Source of the DNA: Octopus sinensis
Lineage: Eukaryota
Assembly: GCF_006345805.1 (NCBI RefSeq)
Contig: NC_043019.1
Location: 22,877,360 to 22,941,359, forward strand
Length of the DNA stretch: 64,000 nucleotides
Direction of reading: 5' to 3'
Part shown: positions 48,271-60,484 of the stretch, in pieces
How the letters are laid out: each line of letters opens with the position of its first letter
Numbering within the stretch: the first letter of the stretch is position 1
Program-made: the position numbers and the translations under genes
Notes under the pieces: model-generated
What the model saw: the letters and a program-made list of their open reading frames with translations, nothing else
Database searches by the model: none
Told to the model about the DNA's origin: nothing

Positions 48271-48683
48271 TTACTCTCTTTACTCTTTTACTTGTTTCAG
48301 TCATTTGACTGTGGCCATGCTGGAGCACCGCCTTTAATCGAGCAACTCGACCCCGGGACTTATTCTTTTTGTAAGCCAGACTTATTCTATCGGTCTTTTG
48401 GCCGAACCGCTAAGTAACGGGGACATAAACACAACCAGCATCAGTTGTCAAGCAATGCTAGGGGGACAAACACAGACACACATACACACACACATATATA
48501 TATATATATATTCATATATACGACGGGCTTCTTTCAGTTTCCGTCTACCAAATCCACTCACAAGGCTTTGGTCGGCCTGAGGCTATAGTAGAAGACACTT
48601 GCCCAAGGTGCCACGCAGTGGGACTGAACCCAGAACCATGTGGTTGGTAAACAAACTACTTACCACACAGCCACTCCTGCGCC
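48271..48683 (-). mobile_element. SINE family B, full length
   Basis: Colinear with other B copies. Confidence 0.92.
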
Positions 48684-48751
48684 TGTGGTTTCCTTTTGTA
48701 AATTGTTTTAGAATAGCATTGTTCTGGTTGTATGTGACCTGCTAGTTTCAA

Positions 48752-48939
48752 CCCATTAACCCAACTATATCTGACCCAAATATTCATGTTTCATGCTCAA
48801 ACTGATCAGATCTGGCCTTTCACACCGACCTTATAATGTCTCACTGAAAGTAATCAGTCTTCAAAATCTCTAAGCTATGAGATATCATGTGATTAATTCA
48901 AAGCATTGCATTTTATAGAATAATCTGAATGCTAAAGGG
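48752..48939. mobile_element. piggyBac-like MITE, degenerate copy 2
   Basis: Ends AGAATAATCTGAATGCTAAAGGG|TTAA, matching the reverse complement of the 17317 end. Confidence 0.7.
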
Positions 48940-49538
48940 TTAATCTTTGTTTTGTAATGGTTTTGCCAAGCTGTCTTGTGTTGGCTCTCTTTAACTGTTT
49001 TCAATGGCTATGTGGTCTTGCCAGGATGTCCTCAGAATCTTTGTCAGGCATCTTTGGTGGAGCACATCTGTTGATCACAAGAGGACCCTTGTGGGCAATA
49101 AAGAAATAAGACATATACACATACAATGGACTACTTTAATTTTCTGTCTCCCAAATTTACTGACAAAGCCTTGATTGGTCTGGGACAGAACCAGAAACCA
49201 TGTGACTAGGAAGGAAACATCTTAATCACACAGCCATGCTAAACCAAGAAGCTGATTAATCTCACCACGCATGTATGTGCATGGCAGGATTTGAACTCGG
49301 CACTCAACACAAAGAACTGGAAAAAACACCTCACAGTATCTCCCTGTCTGACACTCCAGTGATTCTTTTAGTCCAGTGCCATGGATTGGTCGGCTGTCAA
49401 TTGCGTAATTACAAATTAAGTGCAATTATTTTGAATGTTGGCGATGTTCATGGTTCATTTGCTATTAATGTTTTTAAATTAATATTGTAAAGTGTATAAA
49501 CAAAACCTTTAGAGTAATGGCTGCTGTTAGTGATGAGA

Positions 49539-49576
<38 letters not shown>

Positions 49577-50155
49577 AAGAGAGAGGTAGAGAGTGGAGAG
49601 GGGGATGGGGAGGGAGAGAAAGGGGAGAGGGGGATGGGGAGGGAGAGGGAGAGAGCTGTTGGTGAGAGTTCTTTGTTTCATGGTAAATGGACAGATAATT
49701 ATATATTTTGTACAAGTAAATGGAATGTGTGTGCATATGTGTGCATGAGTTTGTGAGGATGGATGCGCGTATGCAACACTGTGTGCATGTGCATGCGTAT
49801 AAGTGTGTGTTCATGTGTACCTGCTTCACTCTGTGTGTGTATGTGTGTTTGCATGTGTGCATGTATGTGTACCTGCATATAAATGTGTACATGTGCAAGA
49901 ACATGCAAGTGAGTGTGCAGGTGTATGCATGTTTGTGCATATATGCACATGTGTATGCCTGTGTATATGTGTTTGCACATATATATGCATGTATATGTGT
50001 GCAGCTTATATGCGAGCACATGTGCATGTGTGTGCATGTTTTTGCAGATATGCACATGAATGTGCATTTATGTACATATGTATGCAGGTTTGTGCATATA
50101 TGTGCATGTGTATGCCTGTGCACATGTATGCTCACACACACATGTGTGTGTCTCA

Positions 50156-50556
50156 TTTACTCTTTTACTCTCTTGCTTGTTTCAGTCATATGACTGTGGC
50201 CATGCTGGAGCACCACCTTTAGTCGAGCAAATCGACCGCAGAACTTATCCTTTGTAAGCCTAGTACTTATTCTATCAGTCACTTTTGCCAAACCGCTAAG
50301 TTATGGGGATGTAACACACCAGCATCGGTTGTCAAGTGATGTTGGGGTGACAAACACAGACACACAGACATATACACATACATATGTGTATATATATATA
50401 TGACGGGCTTCTTTCAGTTTCCATCTACCAAATCCACTCACAAGGCTTTGGTCAGCCCAAGGCTATAGTAGAAGACACTTGCCCAAGGTGCCATGCAGTG
50501 GGACTGAACCCGGAACCATGTGGTTGGTAAGCAAGCTACTTACCACACAGTCACTC
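50156..50556 (-). mobile_element. SINE family B, CpG-decayed
   Basis: Colinear, with TGTGGCC and CCATGCAGTG in place of the CpG forms. Confidence 0.9.
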
Positions 50557-51328
50557 TATGAAAAAAGCTGGCCTTGAATGTCATTCTTTGCTGAAATGCA
50601 ACAGAACAAAACTCCATTGTTTCAGCCGTTCAGCCAAGCTGGCAATTTTCGTTAAAAAGCAGTAATAATTTATTATCCAGATATATATCAATGACAATAT
50701 TACTGTGACACAATCAAATTATGATAAGATATTCTCTCTGGCACACGCAGATGCCATCTTGAATGAGTTTATTTCCCCCCCTCATCTGCAACTGTGCATT
50801 CACTCTTGATGATTGCAATCAATGGATTTGCTGCTAATGATGTCACTCATCAGCTTTATAGGTGCAGGCGTGGCTCTGCGGTAAGGAGCTTACTTCCCAG
50901 ACACATGGATTTGGGTTCAGTTTCACTGCATGGCACGTGGTACCTTGGGTCTTTTCTGCTACAGCCTCGAGCCGACTAAAGCCTTGTGAGTAGATTTGGT
51001 AGAGGGGAAACTGAAAGAAGACAGTTGTATGTTTGTGTATATATATATATATATGTGTGTGTGTCTGTGTATATATATGTATATATGTTTTTTTATATAT
51101 AAAAAAATACAAAAATGGGACAAGAACACAAACATCCAGACAGGTCATTCGGAGTTTACTATCCTCAGTCGAGTTCCAGATCATCTTTGCAATTTCAGCT
51201 GGTTATATATATGTGTATATATATATAACATGAAAAAAAGTGTCTTGCTCAAGGATATAATGTGTCACCAGGAATCAAACACACAATACCCTAATCACCA
51301 AGCCCTGTGCCTTCACTTAATAAAACTA

Positions 51329-51838
51329 CCATAAATCCTCGAGTATAGTCTCCCCTTGAGTATAATATACAGGGGATTTTTAGGGGGTTGTACCACTGAA
51401 AAACCGAAACCTTATGTATAATACACATCCCTTCTCTAACTTGAGTCAAGGAGGTCTATACAACGTCCTTGGTTTGTAAAACTGTTTACAGTAATGTCCT
51501 TTATTATTATTGTATATATAACATAATGCAAACATGTAGCTTTTTTGTGCATTTTGTTTGCAGAAAATAAAGAAATAACAGTAATAACGTTTAATAAATG
51601 TTGCTTACTGCAAGTTATGGATGATTCTTTTGACTTCATTGCTTTCAGGCTTAGCTTAAGGTATTTTCACGCCCGACATCACAAAATGCATCTGAATAAA
51701 CATTGCCAGACAGCAAATCAAGACTCGGACATTGCTTAGAAAATAATTTTCATTTTTAACCTCGTATATAGTACGCACTAGGGATTTTGACCTTTAAATT
51801 TTGGGAAAAAAATGCGGATTATACTCGAGGATCTACAG
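51329..51838. mobile_element. pogo/Tc2-like non-autonomous DNA transposon
   Basis: TA|CCATAAATCCTCGAGTATAGTC ... GATTATACTCGAGGATCTACAG|TA, with subterminal repeats of the GTATA(A/G)T motif. Confidence 0.8.
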
Positions 51839-52139
51839 TATTTAGTTTGCAAGTACAAACTTGTTACCAGTTCAAATATGCATGGGGTATATTTGAACCA
51901 ATAAGAAATCCATCCACTGTCTTTTGTGGTAGAGAAAATTTCTCTCTGTAGACAAATGATGTAGGTGTTTTTACAGCAGGTATATTAATTTTCTCTGCAA
52001 CAAAGCACAGTGAATTTTTTTCTCACAGGTCTGAATATGCCTCAAGGCATATTTGAACTGGTAATAACCTTGTATTTACACACCTCACTGCTTAGCACTG
52101 CCGATTGGTGCAGACAGCCATTGTATAATGAGAGAAATA

Positions 52140-52413
52140 ACCACAATAGAGGCAATTTTGCTTATCAATTCACAGCACACTCTGTCCTGGATGGGACGCC
52201 GGTCTGTCGCAGGTGAGCTGCAAGATGCAGGAGGAAAGAGTGAGAGAAAGTTGTGGTGAAAGGGTGAGCAGAAGTTCGCCATTACCTTCTACCGGAGCTG
52301 CATGGAGCTTAGGTTTTTTGCTCATAAACACACACATCGCCCGGTCTGAGATTCGAACCTGCAATCTCTCGACTGCGAGTCTGCTGCTCTAACTGCTAGG
52401 CCATGTGCCTCCA
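52140..52413 (-). mobile_element. SINE family C2-like
   Basis: Minus head GTGGAGGCACATGGCCTAGCAGTTAGAGCAGCAGACTCGCAGTCG..GGTTCGAATCTC. Confidence 0.82.
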
Positions 52414-52596
52414 CTATTTACACCATTCATCTACAGCAAGAGATTTTCTCCATGACAAAACACAGTGAATGGTTTTCTTGAGAGTTCAAATATGCCCCCA
52501 GTATATTTGAACAGGTAATACACCTTGTGTTTACACACATCACTGCTTAGTGCTGCCACCCTCTCCTTAATTTGCATCTTATTATAATAATAATAA

Positions 52597-53016
52597 GTAG
52601 GAGTGGCTGTGTGGTAAGTAGCTTGTTTACCAACCACATGGTTCCGGGTTCAGTCCCACTGCGTGGCACCTTGGGCAAGTGTCTTCTACTATAGCCTCGG
52701 GCCGACCAAAGCCTTGTGAGTGGATTTGGTAGACTGAAACTGAAAGAAGCCTGTCATATATATGTATATATATCTATATGTATGTGTGTGTGTGTGTTTG
52801 TGTGTCTGTGTTTGTCCCCCTAGCATTGCTTGACAACCGATGCTGGTGTGTTTATGTCCCCGTTACTTAGCGGTTCGGCAAAAGAGACCGATAGAATAAG
52901 TACTGGGCTTACAAAAGAATAAGTCCCGGGGTCGAGTTGCTCGATTAAAGGCAGTGCTCCAGCATGGCCGCAGTCAAATGACTGAAACAAGTAAAAGAGT
53001 AAAAAAAAAAAGAGTA
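52597..53016 (+). mobile_element. SINE family B, full length
   Basis: Colinear with 13425-13828. Confidence 0.92.
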
Positions 53017-53642
53017 AGTCTTGGTCTCATGTTGCTTTAGAGATGTTAATTGGCTCTGATGATGTGACAATTCATTGTTTGATCTACAAGAATGTTGTTG
53101 TCTGTAAGTTGTCCTTGACTAAATTTAATGTTGAGAAAATCTCTTCAGAGCAGTAAGTGGTAGAGAAACATCAATGCCATTTTCAAGGTATGATTCCTTA
53201 AAGAAGGATGGCCATTTCTGTTTTTTTTTTTTTTCAGTTTCTATAGAAGATATCTAACATTCCAAAATAGATAACTTATTGAATTTAAATATCAAAATAT
53301 TATGTAACTGTAAATGAATAAAGTCAAGTTATGGCATTACATCAAAAGATTTTTTTCTCTATATATTTGTAGTTTGGGGTGGAGTGAGGTGGGGTCATGA
53401 TTCTGAAAAATTTTTCAAAAATTCTTTTGAAATAGAAATAAATAAATAAATAATTTGAAATTCTCTGTGACATGTTCTGCCATCGATTCTGGTTTTTATT
53501 TCATTCAGTGTTTGAAAATAAAATAGCTTTGCTGTTGTTTGTTTGTTTGTTTATTAATTTTTTTTTTTTTTTTTTTGTAGAATTTCAAACAAATAATATT
53601 CAAAGTTCCTGATATTACCAAGAGACATAATAAACTAATATC

Positions 53643-53803
53643 ACTCAGCTCTTGGAGTTTCAAACTTAAATCTTTTATGTAACCAGTGACACCAATTAAA
53701 AATGCCAAATCGCATAATCATTTTTAGAGCTTTAATTCCATTACGACAATGTCTTTAACATCCATGAAGAGTTTCATTTCATCTTTCAGCTCAAAGAAGC
53801 ATT
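53643..53803 (-). pseudogene. hAT transposase fragment (SPIN/Charlie/GTF2IRD2-like)
   Basis: Minus frame CFFELKDEMKLFMDVKD..EL.L*K*LCDLAFLIGVTGYIKDLSLKLQ matches the RFFEL..EI..FM....WLCDLAFL.DIT.HLN.LNL.LQ pattern. Confidence 0.78.
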
Positions 53804-54061
53804 AGATATGCCAGTATTATATTCCCTGAATTATGACAAAGCTGGTGGTGCCGTACCATAATTTGGTTATAGTCACAGAGAATGAATTCCACAGACAACA
53901 ACAGCGAGATTCTATGTCTGGAATTTATTGTCTTTTAATATGACAAAGACTGTCTGATATTTGGTCCTCACTTTAAAATTCTGATAATTTCTTCAATAAA
54001 ACATCAAATGTCAGATACAAGCTGTTTGGTATTTATTAAAGGAAAGTCTTTGTTGCCTTAT

Positions 54062-55131
54062 TGTGTGTGTGTGTGTGAGTGTGTGAGTGTGTGTGAGTGT
54101 GTGAGTGTATGTTTGTGTGTATGCCTCAAGCATATTCACGCTAATAATATTACTTTTACTCCATGCACACTGACATATTTACATATGTTCATACGTATGT
54201 CTGTGTGTGTGTTTATGTGTGTGTGTGTGCGTGTGTGTGTATGTGTGTGATCAGAGATACACATATTGTCAGCCACTAAGGGACATGCTCAACTGGTTAA
54301 GGTCAAACAACTGACAAGCAAATCTGTGGTATTGAGTAGAATATCTGCTGTAGCCGATCTTTTATACCAAGACAATACAATGTACATGATAACACTTGTT
54401 GCTGCTTAATGTGTAGGAAAGGTATTGGCAGAAATTCCATAAATGTACCCAGTCCAAGTTATGGACACACAAGAGGTGCTGTGGAATCACAGGTAGATTA
54501 ACAGTGATGCACAGATGCCATAGAGTCCAAGGTTGCATACGAAATTGATTTTTTCAAATGCCCTGGGGGTCCATGTTGTAGAGAGGTTGGCATTTGGAAA
54601 GGCACCATGTTAAAGCAGATATTGGTGCATGATGCCATCCTTGAAAACATCAAATCTTATTAAACCATCCAAATATGGAATATAGACTTTAAATAATGAT
54701 GGTACACACCAGTGTCGTATGGTACCACCAAATTTCGAGCAGGAGTATAACAACGTTTTCCATTAAGATTTGTGATTAAATTAATGAGTAAGGTTAATTT
54801 GCATTTTTGATGGGTATGCAGCACGCACCAAACACACCCATAATATATGTCCTTGGTACATACACACACACACACACGTATACAAATGTGTGTTTGTGTC
54901 TAAAACAACAAGAATTACAAAGAAAGCAACAACTGCTAAATGAATTCTCTCAATTCCTTATTGTCATCACTAAGGAATATTTTAACAACAACAGTATCCA
55001 TATTATCACTATGAGATTTATTTTTAAGAGGATATGATATATCACAAGTGCTCACAAGAGATTGTGGTAAATGAAGCAGCCATTGGCAGGCCTGGAAAGA
55101 ATTCTCTCAGCTGCATTCATTTTATCAAAGA

Positions 55132-55178
<47 letters not shown>

Positions 55179-56250
55179 TGTGTGAGTGTGTGTGAGTGTG
55201 TGAGTGTATGTTTGTGTGTATGCCTCAAGCATATTCACACTAATAATATTACTTTTACTCCATGCACACTGACATATTTACATATGTTCATATGTATGCC
55301 TGTGTGTGTGTTTATGTGTGTGTGTGTGCGTGTGTGTGTATGTGTGTGATCAGAGATACACATATTGTCAGCCACTAAGGGACATGCTCAACTGGTTAAG
55401 GTCAAACAACTGACAAGCAAATCTGTGGTATTGAGTAGAATATCTGCTGTAGCCGATCTTTTATACCAAGACAATACAATGTACATGATAACACTTGTTG
55501 CTGCTTAATTTGTAGGAAGGTATTGGCAGAAATTCCATAAATGTACCCAGTCCAAGTTATGGACACACAAGAGGTGCTGTGGAATCACAGGTAGATTAAC
55601 AGTGATGCACAGATGCCATAGAGTCCAAGGTTGCATACGAAATTGATTTTTTCAAATGCCCTGGGGGTCCATGTTGTAGAGAGGTTGGCATTTGGAAAGG
55701 CACCATGTTAAAGCAGATATTGGTGCATGATGCCATCCTTGAAAACATCAAATCTTATTAAACCATCCAAATATGGAATATAGACTTTAAATAATGATGG
55801 TACACACCAGTGTCGTATGGTACCACCAAATTTCGAGCAGGAGTATAACAAACGTTTTCCATTAAGATTTGTGATTAAATTAATGAGTAAGGTTAATTTG
55901 CATTTTTGATGGGTATGCAGCACGCACCAAACACACCCATAATATATGTCCTTGGTACATACACACACACACACACGTATACAAATGTGTGTTTGTGTCT
56001 AAAACAACAAGAATTACAAAGAAAGCAACAACTGCTAAATGAATTCTCTCAATTCCTTATTGTCAATCACTAAGGAATATTTTTAACAACAACAGTATCC
56101 ATATTATCACTATGAGATTTATTTTTAAGAGGATATGATATATCACAAGTGCTCACAAGAGATTGTGGTAAATGAAGCAGCCATTGGCAGGCCTGGAAAG
56201 AATTCTCTCAGCTGCATTCATTTTATCAAAGAATATGTGTGTGTGTGTGT
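54062..56250. repeat. ~1.1-kb tandem duplication (2 units) bounded by (TG)n
   Basis: ATGCCTCAAG occurs at 54121 and 55220; TTTATCAAAG at 55121 and 56222. Only a handful of differences between units. Confidence 0.95.
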
Positions 56251-56386
56251 GCGTGTGAGTGTGGTTGTGTGTGTGTGTGCATGCATGTCTGTATGTGTGT
56301 GCATGTATGCTTGTGCATATGTGTATGGTGTGTACGTGTGTAAGTGTATATACATGTATATAAACAAACACACACACACATATACA

Positions 56387-56422
<36 letters not shown>

Positions 56423-56542
56423 CACACATATATATATGCACATAAATATGTGTATAAAAAAATACCTGTATGTTTGTGTGTGAATATATATACATATATA
56501 TATGTATAGATATGTATATATACACTATACATACACACATGT

Positions 56543-56587
56543 ATACATTATACATATGCATACTCATATACACAGATCCACAAATAC

Positions 56588-56625
<38 letters not shown>

Positions 56626-56705
56626 ATATATGTATATATATATATGTATGTATATATATTATACATTATACATATGCATACTCATATACACAGATCCACA
56701 AATAC

Positions 56706-56736
<31 letters not shown>

Positions 56737-56823
56737 GATATATATGTATATATATATGTATGTATATATATTATACATTATACATATGCATACTCATATA
56801 CACAGATCCACACATACATATAT

Positions 56824-56856
<33 letters not shown>

Positions 56857-56879
56857 ATATATATGTATATATATATATG

Positions 56880-56890
<11 letters not shown>
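56543..56890. repeat. Three ~115-bp higher-order units within a TA-rich tract
   Basis: ATACATTATACATATGCATACTCATATACACAGATCCACA recurs three times. Confidence 0.9.
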
Positions 56891-56954
<64 letters not shown>

Positions 56955-57356
56955 CATTCATGTTCACACACACACACACACACAAATGCATATCTATGCA
57001 TGCAACTGGTGAGTGAGAGTCCTTAAGGCCACACCACTCCTTCATTGGCTGAATGAACCGTAAGAAATCCTAAGAGACACAATGTTTTGTGCAATGGTGT
57101 GTATGACAAATGGTATAAAGATGGCAACACTTGATAGATCCTTTGTTTGTTTAATTGATGTAAAATAAAAGAAATGATGCAAAGAGGAAGAGACTAGAGA
57201 AAGAAGAAAGAGAATAAGGAGGAAAAGAAATCATTCAGAGCTGTGCATTGTGTGTGTGTGTATGTGTGTGTGTATGTGTGTGTGTGTGCGAGTGTGTATA
57301 CAATCATACATACAACATACATATAAATATATATCTGTATATGGGTGTGTGTGTAT

Positions 57357-57680
57357 AGCCTTCGGGCTCCCCAGACCCCAGTTGAACCGTCCAACCCATG
57401 CTAGCATGGAAAGCGGACATCATCGTTTAACGTCCGTTCTCCATGCTAGCATGGGTTGGACGGTTCGACCGGGGATCTGGGAAGCCAGAAGGCTACACCA
57501 GGCTCCGGTCTTATCTGGCAGTGTTTCTACAGCTGGATGCCCTTCCTAATGCCAACCACTCCGTGAGTGTAGTGGGTGCTTTTTACGTGCCACCTGCACT
57601 GGTGCCAGGCGAGGCTGGCATCGGCCACGGTCGGATTGGTGCATTTTACGTGCCACCTGCACAGAAGCCAGTTGAGGCGG
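57357..57680. mobile_element. Two SINE D pieces joined tail-to-tail
   Basis: Plus-strand piece 57357-57420 and minus-strand piece 57418-57680. Confidence 0.8.
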
Positions 57681-57685
57681 CACAT

Positions 57686-57900
57686 ATATCCGTAAAATAA
57701 TATGTGACAATTATTCAATAGCCAAGATAAAACTCTGAGTTTCGGACGCCGAGGTGGAAATCCACACCACCATCTCTTCGGTTCTATCTTGGCTATTGAA
57801 TAATTGTCACATATTATTTTACAGATAAATTTCCTCTGTATACATAATATTGAGGTCTCTTTCTTTCTTTTGTTATCTTACCGTTTTTACCAATACATTT
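57686..57900. repeat. Family Q element with a perfect 38-bp inverted repeat
   Basis: 57692-57729 is the exact reverse complement of 57785-57822. Confidence 0.88.
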
Positions 57901-57911
57901 ATATATATATA

Positions 57912-57947
<36 letters not shown>

Positions 57948-58200
57948 CACACACTGTTGTGTCTGGGGTGAGTCATTTTCTTTTTGTGCCTTATAATTTA
58001 ACACACTCACCGGTAAAATTTCGACTTATTTATTATTTTTATTTTCCTAAAATTTTCATTGTGTCTTGCAGCCTTTTCAATAGTCTTGACTCTGTCCGTT
58101 ATTTACACTGCATTCCTTTTTTGTTTGTTTGTGCGCAGAAACATATGTAAGCTAACTGGAATAAATGCATAAATATCCATTATTTATGTGCATTTATATA

Positions 58201-58398
58201 TAGTTTTTCCTTGGCCAGATTGGAGTAATCTCCAGCATAATCAGCTGAAATTGCAACGATAATCTGGAACTCGACTGAGGAAAGAAAACTCTGAATGACC
58301 CGTCCTTGTTTTCCTTGTATTGTCTGTCTGGATGTTATGTTGTCCCCTTTTTATATCACCTAACTGTCTGGATGTTTTGCGTTCTTGTCCCATTTTTG

Positions 58399-58438
<40 letters not shown>

Positions 58439-58870
58439 CAAGGAATACAATACAATACTAGGAAAACAAGGACGGGTCATTCAGAGTTTTCTTTCCTCAG
58501 TCAAGTTCCATATTATCTTTGCAATTTCAGCTGATTATACTGGAGATTACTCCAATCTGGCCAGCCCCAAGGAAAAACTAAGTTACGAGCATTAGATTCC
58601 TTGGAAGAAAGCAGCAAATGTATACGAAAACAAGGATAGAAAAAAAAACGGAGAAATGGTACACAAATACAAATAACAGGTCATTAACAATGGGTGTCTT
58701 TCAACTAAGGACGAATTAAATTAAGCTGGCATGAGTGGAAGTAAAGCCATATGGCAAGGACATAAGATTTGACAGGCACAGAGAGGAATATAGATGTTGT
58801 ACGGATGGTAGTCGAACCAAGAAAGAAAGGTCAGGCTTGGCCGAACACAGGTCATGTGGGAGAAGAGAGA
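58201..58870. repeat. Two family P pieces in inverted orientation around a (TA)n
   Basis: 58201-58322 mirrors about 58455-58581. Confidence 0.8.
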
Positions 58871-58888
58871 GAGAGGTAGAGGCAGAGG

Positions 58889-59200
58889 CAAGTGTAGCTG
58901 TGTAGTTAAGAAGTTTGCTTCCCAACAATATGGTTCCAGGTTCAGTCCCACTATGTGGCACCTTGAGTCAAACAAAACCTTGTGAGTGGATTTGGTAAAT
59001 GGAAACTGAAATAAACCCACCATGTGTGTGCATGTGTGTGTGTATGTCCCCATAACTTAGCAGTTCAGCAAAAGACACCAATAGGAAAAATACCAGTTTT
59101 AAAAAAACAATAAGTACTGCTGGGGCTGAATCATTTGACCAAAATTTTTCAAGGCAATGTCCCAGCATGGCTGCAATCCAATGACTGCTACAAGTAAACA
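58889..59200 (+). mobile_element. SINE family B, old copy
   Basis: Degenerate but colinear. Confidence 0.75.
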
Positions 59201-59908
59201 GTAAGGTAAAAAATATCTCAACACTAATTATATCTTTTTCCAGAGACAAACTTGCATTTCTAACATTCTCAGCTATAAAAACAAACAATAAAAACCCAAA
59301 ACTCAGTGCAATTCCGCCTTTATTAGATAACAATGATGAAGTCTTAACAGAAACGAAAATTACTTTTATCTACAAAGTCAGTGAAATATGGTGCTTGTCA
59401 GCAGAAAATAATGGAAAGAACCAGAAATATCAAGACCTCTTCTATCTTCTTTCTTTTACTTGTGTCAGTCGTTGGGCTGTGGCCATACTGGAGCAGAGCT
59501 TTGAAGATTTTTTTATGGTAGAATGAATCAACCCCAGCACTAATTTTTTGAAGTCTGGCACTTATTCTATTGATCCCTTTTTGCTGAAATGCTAAGTTAT
59601 GGGGGATGTAAACACACCAACACCAGTTGTCAAGTGGTGGTGGTGGTGCAGGGACACAGATACCAACACACGCACACATACACACACACACATACACACT
59701 CACACACACACTCATACATATATAACAATATATATATAGGCATGGCTTTGTGGTAAGAAACTGCTTCCCAATCACATAGTTCCAGGTTCAGTCCCACTAA
59801 GTGGCACTTGGGCAAGTGTCTTTTACTATAACCTTGGGATGACCAAAGCTTTGTGAGTGGATTTAGTAGATGGAAATTAAAAGAAGCCCATTGTATATAT
59901 ATATATAT

Positions 59909-60484
59909 TTTGGAACCCCTATCTTGCTCAGAACATTGACCTCCTGGAATCTGTTCAGAGACGTGCAACCAAACGCATACCCTCCATCAGACACCTACCA
60001 TACTCTGAGCGCCTTGTTTCCCTGGTCATAGATCCACTGAAGCTCCGGCATCTGGCGATGGACTTGGTAAACACCCACAAAGTTATCAACCACCTCACCA
60101 ACAACAACACTGAACACCTTTTTGATCTTCATGTGTCCAACACACGTGGACATGCCTACAAAGTCAGAAAACAGCACAGCTCCCATGACTTTCGGAAACA
60201 TTTTTCACGCTCAGAGTTGCTGAAGCATGGAACAAACTGCCTGCGTCAGTTGTTGACTGCCATGACACTGCATCCTTTAAGGCCCTCATGCTTTCCGAAA
60301 TCAGCTGAAACTACACCTGATTGTCCCCCTTCCATACTCATACACATATGTGTATGTCATGACTCATGCACTGTTCTTTTCCTGACGCTTGTACATTACC
60401 CTATGTACTATACATACACTTTAGATGAGTTGTAGTGCACCTGAGCACTGTACACAATGTTTTATTATTATTATTTTATTATTA
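59909..60484 (+). pseudogene. 3' end of a CR1-clade LINE (ORF2 C-terminus, 3'UTR, (ATT)n tail)
   Basis: WNPYLAQNIDLLESVQRRATKRIPSIRHLPYSERL...SNTRGHAYKVRK..RKHF/TLRVAEAWNKLPASVV are CR1 hallmark motifs. One frameshift; terminal AGTGC-ACCTGA-GCACT hairpin and ATT repeats. Confidence 0.92.

Noticed and set aside
53041-53152. Possible plus-strand exon (CTTTAG| ... |GTAAGT)
   Set aside because: Splice-like signals are present, but the peptide (MLIGSDDVTIHCLIYKNVVV) is unrecognisable and such motifs arise by chance in AT-rich DNA.
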